Source: a virus
Lineage: Duplodnaviria > Caudoviricetes
Length of the DNA: 52,293 nt
Direction: 5' to 3' (one strand)
Virus record (IMG/VR): IMGVR_UViG_3300028595_000017
Span: 1-52,293 of that record
Under the pieces are notes generated by a model. That model did not search any database and was not told the origin of the DNA. It was given only the letters and a program-made list of their open reading frames with translations. The translations under genes and the position numbers were made by a program. Positions 36,463-44,999 of this stretch are shown in pieces. Position 1 is the first letter of the stretch; each line of letters opens with the position of its first letter.

Positions 36463-36798
36463 TTAATAGGTGTTTACATGCTGTAAAGAACGCCATTCAA
36501 GAGTTTGTTCCATTTCTTGCGCTCGTATACGTCGCTTGTAATCAAAACATGGATCATCTTCTCGCTCTTCAATAAGTGCTTCGTTGTAAAAATCTTTCAA
36601 AGATTCCATAATGGCATGGTCAGAATCATCAAGATTCCAACCTCGTTTTATACTTTCTAAGTCATAGTCATTATTAAAATCAAGAAGTTGATTTAAATTA
36701 GTCTCCAAAAGATATAATGCATCATCTTCCGGTAAATTGTTTTTTATCATTATTGCCTGTATCCATGGACGACAATCATCATGATCATAGTTATACAT
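36463..36798 (-). CDS. Acidic hypothetical protein
   Basis: AAGGAGA SD; D/E-rich. Confidence 0.65.
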   Translation of the reverse strand: MYNYDHDDCRPWIQAIMIKNNLPEDDALYLLETNLNQLLDFNNDYDLESIKRGWNLDDSDHAIMESLKDFYNEALIEEREDDPCFDYKRRIRAQEMEQTLEWRSLQHVNTY

Positions 36799-36816
36799 AA
36801 TTACTCTCCTTCTTAC

Positions 36817-36837
36817 TAATGTTAATTAATAACGTTA
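36817..36837. promoter_or_regulatory. Genome-wide 21-bp double-palindrome site
   Basis: TAATGTTA-ATTAA-TAACGTTA, intergenic. Confidence 0.8.
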
Positions 36838-36840
36838 CTT

Positions 36841-37584
36841 TTATGCAATAGTTGCGTAATGCGCTATCGCATTTTGTTCTACCGCTTGATAAATTCTTGG
36901 GTGTTTTGCAAGCGATAATCTAAAAGATTCTCTAAAAGGGTGTGTTAATAAACCAGATACAAAAATACCATCCCCCCTTGTTGAATGGATATCTCCGCAA
37001 TCATTAATTGTTTTAATGACGTACTTTTTTTGTAAGCAAGAATCATAAGTTTTTTTTGCATGCTTACCTTTTTGCACACAATTAAAAAAATGCGTTCCGT
37101 ATCTAAATGATTCTTTGTTAGCAAGATTCTTTGGGATTAAGCTTTTTTTGGCAGCTAATAAATAATCACAATCACATATTAACTCAGTAAGATAGTATAA
37201 CCTATGCGCTCTGCCTAAAAGAAAATTCATGCCATTTAATTTAAATAAACCTTCCCAAATATCTCTTGCCACGCCTGCATGTCCATAAAATTCAATAAAA
37301 GAACTAATTTTAATATTAGCTTTATTGAATAAATAAAAATCAATAAGAAAACAGTTATTTATACCAAGGGATCTTATAATAGTATAGCGATGCGTTGATT
37401 GGAATGATTGTAAATGTTCCATATTCACAAGGAACAAACCGTCTTGAATACGTTGTACTAATTGTATTCCATAGCCAAATATTTTATTACCATCGGTATA
37501 AATATTTCCTGTTGAATTTTGTGTAACAAAACCATCCATTACTTTAAATGAATGAAGCATATTTTCCATGTTATCTCTAATCAT
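36841..37584 (-). CDS. Hypothetical phage protein
   Basis: AGGAGA SD; 247 aa. Confidence 0.7.
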   Translation of the reverse strand: MIRDNMENMLHSFKVMDGFVTQNSTGNIYTDGNKIFGYGIQLVQRIQDGLFLVNMEHLQSFQSTHRYTIIRSLGINNCFLIDFYLFNKANIKISSFIEFYGHAGVARDIWEGLFKLNGMNFLLGRAHRLYYLTELICDCDYLLAAKKSLIPKNLANKESFRYGTHFFNCVQKGKHAKKTYDSCLQKKYVIKTINDCGDIHSTRGDGIFVSGLLTHPFRESFRLSLAKHPRIYQAVEQNAIAHYATIA

Positions 37585-37669
37585 TTTAAATCTCCTATTC
37601 TGTATAATCTATAAATAAAAAATAATCCCTAAAAGAGGATATGATATAATTCCTGTAAATAAAGACATA

Positions 37670-38110
37670 TTAATAGGTATCTCCCTTTATTAAATATGCA
37701 GATAGTATATCTTTTAACATAGATGCTTTAAATAACATGTTTTGAAAATCTGATCGATGGCATCTTATTAATACTTCGTTTAAATCACTTGACCAATAGT
37801 AAAAGCCTAACCAAGGTTTGTCAAATAATTTAATGTCTTCTCGACCAGATATGTTTTTCGTTAAAACACAAGCGTATTTTTGTTTTGGACATAAAAACAA
37901 TTTAGATGAATTTTCAACTGTATGTATTTCCAAATAACCATATTTATTCATACAATCATTTAAAAAACAATTATTGTATAAATAAGGTATTCTTGGAGTA
38001 TGTCGAAAATCAACTAAAAATTGTTTAATAGATGAAATTTTACGCTTTACTTTTTTTGCAATAAGCGTGCCAAACCATACTTTTTGATTTTTTAATTGAT
38101 GGTTATCCAT
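37670..38110 (-). CDS. Hypothetical protein
   Basis: GGAGG SD. Confidence 0.65.
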   Translation of the reverse strand: MDNHQLKNQKVWFGTLIAKKVKRKISSIKQFLVDFRHTPRIPYLYNNCFLNDCMNKYGYLEIHTVENSSKLFLCPKQKYACVLTKNISGREDIKLFDKPWLGFYYWSSDLNEVLIRCHRSDFQNMLFKASMLKDILSAYLIKGDTY

Positions 38111-38113
38111 TTG

Positions 38114-38740
38114 TTATCCTCCACAATTAGTTGACGTACATGCTAATTTCTCTATTAATGCCTCAAGTTCTTTCCAGTTACTAACGTTAAAAGCACCTGG
38201 AACTGAGTTATTCCATAATTGTTTAAATAATATGCCGCCAGTAAAACCAGCATCACGCGCTGTTCTTATTGTTACTTCATTATCATCGACTAAATAATCA
38301 ATGTTATAAAGTCGCGCTATATCGTGTTTGTTTTTAATATAACTAAACAATATTTCAAAATCAACATTCAAGTGACGTTTTAGCCAATCTTCTGTAGCTT
38401 CTTTTGCATATACCGATCTAGCTGTTATGAATAAAAATTTTTCGCAATATGCGGAATATTTTTGGAAAAATTTTACAGCGCCAGGGATTGGTGGTGGTTC
38501 AGAAGAACTTTTTATATTCGTAATGATTTGATCTGTATAATTACGATATTCATCATAGGTAATGTCTAATATATCGTATAAGGCATATTTTGTAACATCT
38601 TTTTTTGAATAAGAACGTCCTTTTTCTTTTTCCACAAGATTTAAAAAAGCTTGAACAAAATCTATCACAACACCGTCTAAATCAAAGGCGATGGTTATGG
38701 CATGCCCGTTTTTTAATGTGATTTTAAAATCACTATTCAT
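38114..38740 (-). CDS. HAD-family 5'(3')-deoxyribonucleotidase (NT5C-like)
   Basis: FDLDGV, PIPGA, FITAR, K, LVDDN, WN motifs. Confidence 0.85.
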   Translation of the reverse strand: MNSDFKITLKNGHAITIAFDLDGVVIDFVQAFLNLVEKEKGRSYSKKDVTKYALYDILDITYDEYRNYTDQIITNIKSSSEPPPIPGAVKFFQKYSAYCEKFLFITARSVYAKEATEDWLKRHLNVDFEILFSYIKNKHDIARLYNIDYLVDDNEVTIRTARDAGFTGGILFKQLWNNSVPGAFNVSNWKELEALIEKLACTSTNCGG

Positions 38741-39012
38741 AATAAACTCCTTCCTGTCTTTTTGCTAGTCCTCAATAAATGGTCAATTTTTTCAAACGCT
38801 TCACTTATTGAATCTACTTCAAAAAATTTTGTGCCTTGAGATGCAATAATGTGTTTATCAGCGCTTAAGAATATGTAATACCCTTTATAATGCACTTTTA
38901 TTTTATGGAAACTTAACATTGAATGTAAAGCCTCCAAAGTACAAGTAATATCTGTGGAATAAGCATTCAGTAGTTTAATTTTATATGTTTTTTCTTTCAT
39001 AATTAATAACAA
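38737..39012 (-). CDS. Hypothetical protein
   Basis: Coupled ORF; start may be ATG 39000. Confidence 0.55.
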   Translation of the reverse strand: MLLIMKEKTYKIKLLNAYSTDITCTLEALHSMLSFHKIKVHYKGYYIFLSADKHIIASQGTKFFEVDSISEAFEKIDHLLRTSKKTGRSLL

Positions 39013-39389
39013 TCTCCTTTAATCTCAGCCCAACAATTTGGGCATATCGTGTTAGCGTAGTCATCATTACACCAGACTACTCCTTTTTCATTGTTACTAC
39101 TATAATTATGCAGATATTTAGTAACACCGTCTTTAGTACGAAAATATCTTCCACATTTTTCACAAGGCGGCATCATGTCTAAATTTGCATCTAATTGTTG
39201 TTGCTTTCTCTTTTTGATAAGTTTTAATGCTTTTTGTTTAGTGATAGAAGCTGTTACTTTTGTGGACGTCCCTATCATAATAGCATTCGCCTTATCAAGT
39301 AATTGTTTATAAAAACCAACAGTTCTCGATAAATCTGTTAGGTTTATAATCTTGATTTCTTTTTTTAATAAAATGATAATATTTTCCAT
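39003..39389 (-). CDS. Zinc-finger-containing protein
   Basis: CEKC...CPNC. Confidence 0.6.
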   Translation of the reverse strand: MENIIILLKKEIKIINLTDLSRTVGFYKQLLDKANAIMIGTSTKVTASITKQKALKLIKKRKQQQLDANLDMMPPCEKCGRYFRTKDGVTKYLHNYSSNNEKGVVWCNDDYANTICPNCWAEIKGDCY

Positions 39390-39412
39390 TTTTACGCCTT
39401 TTTTGCCTTAAT

Positions 39413-39473
39413 AAACGATTAAAAAATCTTTTAAACATAAAATTATATTTAAGTCAAGATTTTTTAATCGTTT
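39413..39473. promoter_or_regulatory. Long palindrome overlapping a probable promoter
   Basis: Perfect 18-bp IR AAACGATTAAAAAATCTT / AAGATTTTTTAATCGTTT; minus-strand TTGACT lies within it. Confidence 0.6.
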
Positions 39474-39490
39474 TTTGTTTAAAAAAAATC

Positions 39491-39667
39491 TTAATTTAGT
39501 TTCTTTTGTTTAGCTTCATAAAAAGCTATCATCTTTTTAGCTAAATCAAGATTGAACATTATTCTATGGCTCATTTCCCAACAGTTATTACACATAGCGG
39601 TACCTGTAAATTTTGTCGGTTCACTACACCATTTACACAAGATTGTTTCTTCATTTTCTGTGTGCAT
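39491..39667 (-). CDS. 58-aa zinc-finger microprotein (not in ORF track)
   Basis: GGGAG SD; MHTENEETILCKWC...CNNCWEM...KKLN. Confidence 0.6.
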   Translation of the reverse strand: MHTENEETILCKWCSEPTKFTGTAMCNNCWEMSHRIMFNLDLAKKMIAFYEAKQKKLN

Positions 39668-40109
39668 TTAAAAACTCCCTGTCTGGCCGTAAATTATACG
39701 GTTTTTCTTCAACGATAAAATCAATTAGTATTGTACTAAAAGATTCAATCAAATTAACAAAATAAAAATCTGGCGCTTTTTCTTTCACAGTACGTGAAAT
39801 AGTCAAAGCATATGATAGATATCTTGGCATATATGCTAATGAGAATCTAAAGCCCCAATTATAGTAACGATTTGAACCTTCTATTAGCGTCCAAAAAAAT
39901 AGAAGATATTGCGTATCGCCTGCTATGCGAATATATTGTCTAAATGTTTCACCTCGTTTCGGAATGTGTCCACTACAAGAACCAATTGTACGAAAACAGG
40001 GCGTGCTGTTGACAACACCGCATAATTCTATTATATGAAGATCAATTTTATCTTTTTCCAAAACTTTTGAAAAAGGTAAATTTTCAGGGAACCAATTATC
40101 AGTTTTCAT
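39651..40109 (-). CDS. TYW3-like domain protein
   Basis: IDLHIIELCGVVNSTPCFRTIGSCSGH resembles the TYW3 N-terminal D..I..L...IN....T.SSCSGR signature. Confidence 0.55.
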   Translation of the reverse strand: MKTDNWFPENLPFSKVLEKDKIDLHIIELCGVVNSTPCFRTIGSCSGHIPKRGETFRQYIRIAGDTQYLLFFWTLIEGSNRYYNWGFRFSLAYMPRYLSYALTISRTVKEKAPDFYFVNLIESFSTILIDFIVEEKPYNLRPDREFLNAHRK

Positions 40110-40116
40110 ATAACAC

Positions 40117-40320
40117 CTACCATCTATCTTCAGGATGTATGCCTAATTCCATAGCATCAATTACATCATTATTGATAGCCCCACATACAGGCTGAAAACA
40201 ATCAGTTTCATCTATGTCTAGAAATTGATTATTTTCTGTCGCTATTTCTGCTAATATTGCTGCCATATAATGATTATTTTTGTTTAAATCATCAATGATT
40301 TGTTTATTTGACTTCATCAT
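40117..40320 (-). CDS. Small acidic hypothetical protein
   Basis: AAGGTG SD; 67 aa. Confidence 0.55.
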   Translation of the reverse strand: MMKSNKQIIDDLNKNNHYMAAILAEIATENNQFLDIDETDCFQPVCGAINNDVIDAMELGIHPEDRW

Positions 40321-40382
40321 TATATCACCTTCCTTTTAGTTTTTAGTTCAATAGTATTACTATTAAAGTTTTCGGTGTGAAC

Positions 40383-40424
40383 AAAAAAAGCCGCACCAGG
40401 ACTTGAATCCCAAACGCGGCTTTT
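40383..40424 (-). terminator. Intrinsic terminator (part of an attenuator-like element)
   Basis: Minus strand AAAAGCCGC...GCGGC followed by T7. Confidence 0.7.
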
Positions 40425-40480
40425 CCGCCTTCTTTGATTTCACGCTCAAGAAGATGAAAGCGTTTCCTGTTTATTTTTAC

Positions 40481-41116
40481 TTAGAAAATGAAAGGCTCTA
40501 GGTCATCGTTTGTTACCGTAAGAGCCTGATACCTGAATTGAGTGTTACGTATTAACTGATCTAGTATATCTGCTGTATAAAAGTTAGTTGTTAAAACTGT
40601 ACCTCTACCGAGCTCCCATACTCTATAAAGGTTAAGTTTTTCATCTAAACACTCTAATACAATTAGCGTCTCAACTAGTGAGTAGAAACGCATATAGAAA
40701 CAGTTGAAACTTCTTTTATACATCACTTTTTCATGCGGTTCGTATGCTTGCAAAAAGTCATCAATCGCTTCTTGCTTAACTGCTAGGCACTTACCACTTT
40801 TCCTGTAGAGCAATTCAAATTGTCGCCTAGATACGTGAAATGTTAGCGTGTACGCTTTGTCTTGTTTCATTAAGATACTTTCAGGTTCTTGTGGCGCCAA
40901 AATGACGTGTTTACTTTCGTAGAACTCTTGGTCTTTCTTTAACCACACCAGGTCATAATCCAGTATAGGTTTATTAGATACACTTATGGTTACACCAAAT
41001 TGTTTCCTTAAGCGAGGTAATGGGTTCACATTCATTGCGAACCCTTTTATTATGTACCGCTTCAATTCCACTCGACTAAGTGGAATCACTATTTTTTTCT
41101 TTTCTTTACTTTGCAT
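40481..41116 (-). CDS. Hypothetical protein
   Basis: AGGAGA SD; 211 aa. Confidence 0.7.
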   Translation of the reverse strand: MQSKEKKKIVIPLSRVELKRYIIKGFAMNVNPLPRLRKQFGVTISVSNKPILDYDLVWLKKDQEFYESKHVILAPQEPESILMKQDKAYTLTFHVSRRQFELLYRKSGKCLAVKQEAIDDFLQAYEPHEKVMYKRSFNCFYMRFYSLVETLIVLECLDEKLNLYRVWELGRGTVLTTNFYTADILDQLIRNTQFRYQALTVTNDDLEPFIF

Positions 41117-41125
41117 AATATTCTC

Positions 41126-41605
41126 CTATATTTTTACACCTTTAGGTATCAACCCTTTCTGTTGATACATCAAAGCATAAGTTTTTATTTCTTTTGAATC
41201 ATGTCTTCTTAAATAAGCACCTAATGGCACATTTAAAAAAGCGTCAGATATTGCATAAATGATATCGCTTTCAAATAAAAAGGTCAGTACTTCAATTGTC
41301 AAGTCTTGCAAACATCCGATATTTTCAATATTATTTAAATCGGATAAAACATCAATAAAATGCAGACCTGGATTTATTTGTTTGAAATCAAATATCCAAT
41401 TTTTTATCTGGGAACATTTTATGATTATTTGCCCCATTGAGAATTCAGAGCTAGACGGCGAAAAAGCTTTTAATACTTTATCACTGTAATGCATTGCATC
41501 TATATACTGCATATTTCTATACGCAATAATGGCTTTATAAAGAATATGTCCATAATTACTTTTATGCGTTATTTGTTGGTTCCAGATTTGTAATACTGGA
41601 TTCAT
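41126..41605 (-). CDS. Hypothetical helical protein, paralog family B
   Basis: Aligns with the N-terminus of 41852..42466. Confidence 0.65.
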   Translation of the reverse strand: MNPVLQIWNQQITHKSNYGHILYKAIIAYRNMQYIDAMHYSDKVLKAFSPSSSEFSMGQIIIKCSQIKNWIFDFKQINPGLHFIDVLSDLNNIENIGCLQDLTIEVLTFLFESDIIYAISDAFLNVPLGAYLRRHDSKEIKTYALMYQQKGLIPKGVKI

Positions 41606-41802
41606 TAGAACAATCCCCCCAATTCATTTAAAAGTTCAATAACATAGTCTGGCTCCAAGCCAAAATAATCTTCTACAATTCTGTCAAGATCATCAAGAGT
41701 TTCGGCTTGTCTGGCTTCATCCATAGCGTCTTCCCAAAGATTGTCAAAATCGAACTCGCTCATATTATCACGAGTCATAACTATCTTTTTAATACTATCC
41801 AT
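41605..41802 (-). CDS. Small highly acidic protein (FGLEPDY motif)
   Basis: ATG 41802 with AAGGAGA SD preferred over 41889. Confidence 0.65.
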   Translation of the reverse strand: MDSIKKIVMTRDNMSEFDFDNLWEDAMDEARQAETLDDLDRIVEDYFGLEPDYVIELLNELGGLF

Positions 41803-41851
41803 AATATTTCTCCTTTTATAGGGCGCACAATATGTACGCCCTGATTTATAG

Positions 41852-42466
41852 TTATACAGTTTGCTCAAAATCGTAATCAAGCAGTGCATTTAATGCTTTT
41901 AATATTTCTATCTTGTTATATGAACCGGTGTGTAAGCCCATACGATTTACAGAGATTGCGCCGATTAGTTCAAACAATTTAGTGCATGCTTCGGTATCCC
42001 ATTGGGCTTTAGTACCCATAGATTTTTGCAATATAGTACGAAAAATGATCATTCTTTTTGCCGTCGGCGAATCTTTTACAGAGTTAATTTTTGGTAATTC
42101 AAGACGACCTGTTCTATTTAATAGATCTTTTTCATTTAAAAAATCTAAGATTGCTTTTGCGTCAGTAGAGATTGTTGGGTTCTCTTCTGTTGCAAATTTT
42201 AATAAGCTTTCATTTGCAGCTTTCCATTTAATATCTTCGATCATATTAAGAAAGTCTGGTTTACCTCCTAATTTGATCATACGAAGATTAAGGATTGTAA
42301 AAATAATCCCATTTTCAATCTTCGTTTTTGGTTTTTTGGTTAAAATTTTATCACATGCTTTTTTTAAGTCACCTTTACGATAAAGTCTAATAGCTGTATA
42401 GATGACTTTATGTTTGTTTTGATTGATTTTTTCATCCCAATTATCAAGTGTGGTCTTGATTTTCAT
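41852..42466 (-). CDS. Hypothetical helical protein, paralog family B
   Basis: AAAGGAGA SD. Confidence 0.7.
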   Translation of the reverse strand: MKIKTTLDNWDEKINQNKHKVIYTAIRLYRKGDLKKACDKILTKKPKTKIENGIIFTILNLRMIKLGGKPDFLNMIEDIKWKAANESLLKFATEENPTISTDAKAILDFLNEKDLLNRTGRLELPKINSVKDSPTAKRMIIFRTILQKSMGTKAQWDTEACTKLFELIGAISVNRMGLHTGSYNKIEILKALNALLDYDFEQTV

Positions 42467-42481
42467 AGTTTTCTCCTTTAC

Positions 42482-42502
42482 TAACGTTAAACGTTAACAT
42501 TA
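42482..42502. promoter_or_regulatory. Genome-wide 21-bp double-palindrome site
   Basis: TAACGTTA-AACGT-TAACATTA. Confidence 0.8.
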
Positions 42503-43026
42503 GTTTTTATGTTTACATTATTTGAATGTGGAAAAAAATTTGCAGCCAGGAATGATTTTTTTCGAAGTGTTTTGCATTCCATCTGCAAATATTCATTACA
42601 TACATTGAATATTTGTTTAATGCTTGAATATTGAGCATATCCATTAATCTGAAGTGTGTAAGCTATATGATGAACTTCAAAGTCAAATGGTGTTTCAGAT
42701 AAAATACATAAATCATGTGCAGCCTCTAAATGTTCGCGTAAACCTTGAATATGTATCTTTTCATCAAATAATACCTTATCTTTGAATAACATTGTTTTTA
42801 TTTGACCGTGCATAATTAGTATTTGTTCCCATTGTGCGTTTTGATGTCTGTAATCAAGATAACTCAAAACAACTGGGTTACCTTGATAATTATTAGTAAT
42901 AAAATCATCCAAGAAACTACGTAAATCCTTAGATTTAACGTCAACTAATAGTTGTCTAGCCTCTTCTACATCTGCCTTCAAAAGTTTACATATGTCGATT
43001 GTCATCATCTTTTTCCAATTCGTCAA
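42487..43026 (-). CDS. Hypothetical protein
   Basis: 179-aa ORF; TTG start preceded by GGAGG, or a nearby ATG. Confidence 0.65.
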   Translation of the reverse strand: MTNWKKMMTIDICKLLKADVEEARQLLVDVKSKDLRSFLDDFITNNYQGNPVVLSYLDYRHQNAQWEQILIMHGQIKTMLFKDKVLFDEKIHIQGLREHLEAAHDLCILSETPFDFEVHHIAYTLQINGYAQYSSIKQIFNVCNEYLQMECKTLRKKSFLAANFFPHSNNVNIKTNVNV

Positions 43027-43156
43027 TAGTTACCTCCATATCATGGATCTTTTTACAATTCATACAGATATAGACGTAAGATCCATAATGTCCAGGCATC
43101 CATGTACACTCTTGACATGTGCACTTTTCTTGTTGTTGTTCTTTTTTAGTTGTCAT
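42986..43156 (-). CDS. 56-aa Cys-rich microprotein (not in ORF track)
   Basis: AGGAGA SD; CTCQEC...CMNC. Confidence 0.55.
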   Translation of the reverse strand: MTTKKEQQQEKCTCQECTWMPGHYGSYVYICMNCKKIHDMEVTIDELEKDDDNRHM

Positions 43157-43544
43157 TATAGTCTCCTAATTTTTTATATCTTGTAGTTGTCCAATTAAGA
43201 CTTTTAAACAGTGGCGTGAAATAATCAGCAGCTTTAAGAATTATTTGTGTCGGTATGTCACATTGCGCTTTATTAATATAAGCTTTTTCCATAACAAATA
43301 TAGTTTGATTATCCTGAATAAAATAAAAGTTCTGACGAATTTTTTCTAGACATTCTGCAATAAATTTACCGTGTACTTTTGTTTGCTGCCAATGTGGCGA
43401 ATATAATCGATAAATAGCACTGCCAGGCGCAATAATTTCGTCAGTTCGCATATTAGCATAACCGACTTTATCTAAACTCATGTCATAAGTTAAAACATGT
43501 TCGCCATGTTGAGCTAATACAACATGTATAGGTGTTGCTTTCAT
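43146..43544 (-). CDS. Hypothetical protein
   Basis: AAGGAGA SD. Confidence 0.65.
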   Translation of the reverse strand: MKATPIHVVLAQHGEHVLTYDMSLDKVGYANMRTDEIIAPGSAIYRLYSPHWQQTKVHGKFIAECLEKIRQNFYFIQDNQTIFVMEKAYINKAQCDIPTQIILKAADYFTPLFKSLNWTTTRYKKLGDYNDN

Positions 43545-43557
43545 AATGATTCTCCTT

Positions 43558-43950
43558 TTATGTTTTTTGATTAATCACTCTTTCTATTAAAAGTGCTTCA
43601 TACGTACTCCTAGCAATGTTTATTTGTTTAAAACCTTCTCTTAAATCATAAACATCTATTATATCGCTAGAAAAATCGTAAAAAAGTTCCTTTTGTGTAA
43701 GCATAAAAATTTGTGGCTCCTTTTCATACTTTTCTGTATTACTATTATAAAATCCTACAGAAGATCCATCTTTTTTACAACAAATTGGATAGTATAATAA
43801 TTCTAGATAATTATCTTGCAATGTTTGTAAAAATCGTTTCCATGCTTCCTTTGCCACATTTAATTCATGTGCTAAGTTATAGAAATCGTTTTTAACGTTA
43901 GCTCCATTAGTATGAATAACAATTGAACCAGAAAATAGGGTTTTATTCAT
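43558..43950 (-). CDS. Hypothetical protein
   Basis: ATG 43950 with AAGGAGA SD. Confidence 0.65.
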   Translation of the reverse strand: MNKTLFSGSIVIHTNGANVKNDFYNLAHELNVAKEAWKRFLQTLQDNYLELLYYPICCKKDGSSVGFYNSNTEKYEKEPQIFMLTQKELFYDFSSDIIDVYDLREGFKQINIARSTYEALLIERVINQKT

Positions 43951-44230
43951 GTCTTTCTCCTTCTGGATTACCTTCATAATCCTCTATTTCTAAACTCTCA
44001 TTGATGATTGATAGTAAAGAGTGTAAACAATCAATCTCATTTTCTACGGCATTTTTTAATGTTTCTTTACTTGTGTATAAATCCCATCGTAAAGCTTGAA
44101 TGCTGCCGTCAGAATGATAACCTTTGATTAAATCGAAATTTGATTCGCCGATTTGTGACTTTTGGATAGTCTCTACTCGTGTCAAACCATAAATCTGACT
44201 TGGTCTGAAATAATGTATTTTATGTTTCAT
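43943..44230 (-). CDS. Hypothetical protein
   Basis: AGGAG SD. Confidence 0.6.
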   Translation of the reverse strand: MKHKIHYFRPSQIYGLTRVETIQKSQIGESNFDLIKGYHSDGSIQALRWDLYTSKETLKNAVENEIDCLHSLLSIINESLEIEDYEGNPEGERHE

Positions 44231-44308
44231 TTTATACTCCTATATTAATGATATCCAAAAAATGATAATGATTAATATTATCATCAAATAATGCTGATGA
44301 TCTTCTTA

Positions 44309-44521
44309 TTAGCAGCAACCACAACAAGGAGCGTCCTCACAGCGGTTACTATTATATGAGTCATATTCAAAGGCATCGTAAGCGTCTGTGTCCCTTTGAT
44401 CTTCTATTGGACACTCGACGTGTGTTACGTAGGTCTTTCCACCTTTCTGAAAAACCTCACCTTCACCCTTATTTACTATGCACCCGCAAAGGGCACAACT
44501 TGTAACATAAAGATTAATCAT
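44309..44521 (-). CDS. Cys-rich small protein ending in CEDAPCCGCC
   Basis: AAGGAG SD; CALC..H..C plus a terminal Cys cluster. Confidence 0.7.
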   Translation of the reverse strand: MINLYVTSCALCGCIVNKGEGEVFQKGGKTYVTHVECPIEDQRDTDAYDAFEYDSYNSNRCEDAPCCGCC

Positions 44522-44536
44522 GTTAGCTCCTTGCTT

Positions 44537-44860
44537 TTATATTCGTGAAAATACCCCAAATTTAGACATTTCATACTCATGCCCTGGATCAAAAATCTCA
44601 AGGATTTTCAAGGCAAGTTTTATGTCTGCGTTCTGCTCAGTTTTCCAGTTCTCATTATAATACGAGGCTAGAACAAACCAAGTATCCTCTCCGATTCGCT
44701 GCATGATTTTTACACCTGAACCATCGGCCAGGTTAGTTACCCTATAATCACCTTCTGGCGGTAACTGTAATGAGTATGGATGATATGTGGTGACTTTACG
44801 ACAATCATCATCAACGTAGACAAAAGAATCGTCTAATTTTCCTTCTATATTAAGAGACAT
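44537..44860 (-). CDS. Hypothetical protein, first gene of the - strand early arm
   Basis: ATG 44860 with AGGAGG SD. Confidence 0.65.
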   Translation of the reverse strand: MSLNIEGKLDDSFVYVDDDCRKVTTYHPYSLQLPPEGDYRVTNLADGSGVKIMQRIGEDTWFVLASYYNENWKTEQNADIKLALKILEIFDPGHEYEMSKFGVFSRI

Positions 44861-44999
44861 GTTTTTTCCTCCTATAATGTTATGAATCTTGATACCAATC
44901 AGTTTTCTTAATTGCATCTAAATTAAAACTATCCATAAAATGGTTTAATCTAGTGCCTATTTCTTTAACTACAATCATAAAAAAATCTCCTCCTTATTT

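Noticed and set aside
40390-40420. T-loop-like GGATTCAAGTCC suggesting a tRNA
   Set aside because: No cloverleaf (D arm, anticodon arm, acceptor stem) can be built; it lies inside a terminator stem.
38182-43900. Lone TAACGTTA half-sites at 38182 and 43893
   Set aside because: No partner half-site 5 nt away; compatible with chance in AT-rich coding DNA.
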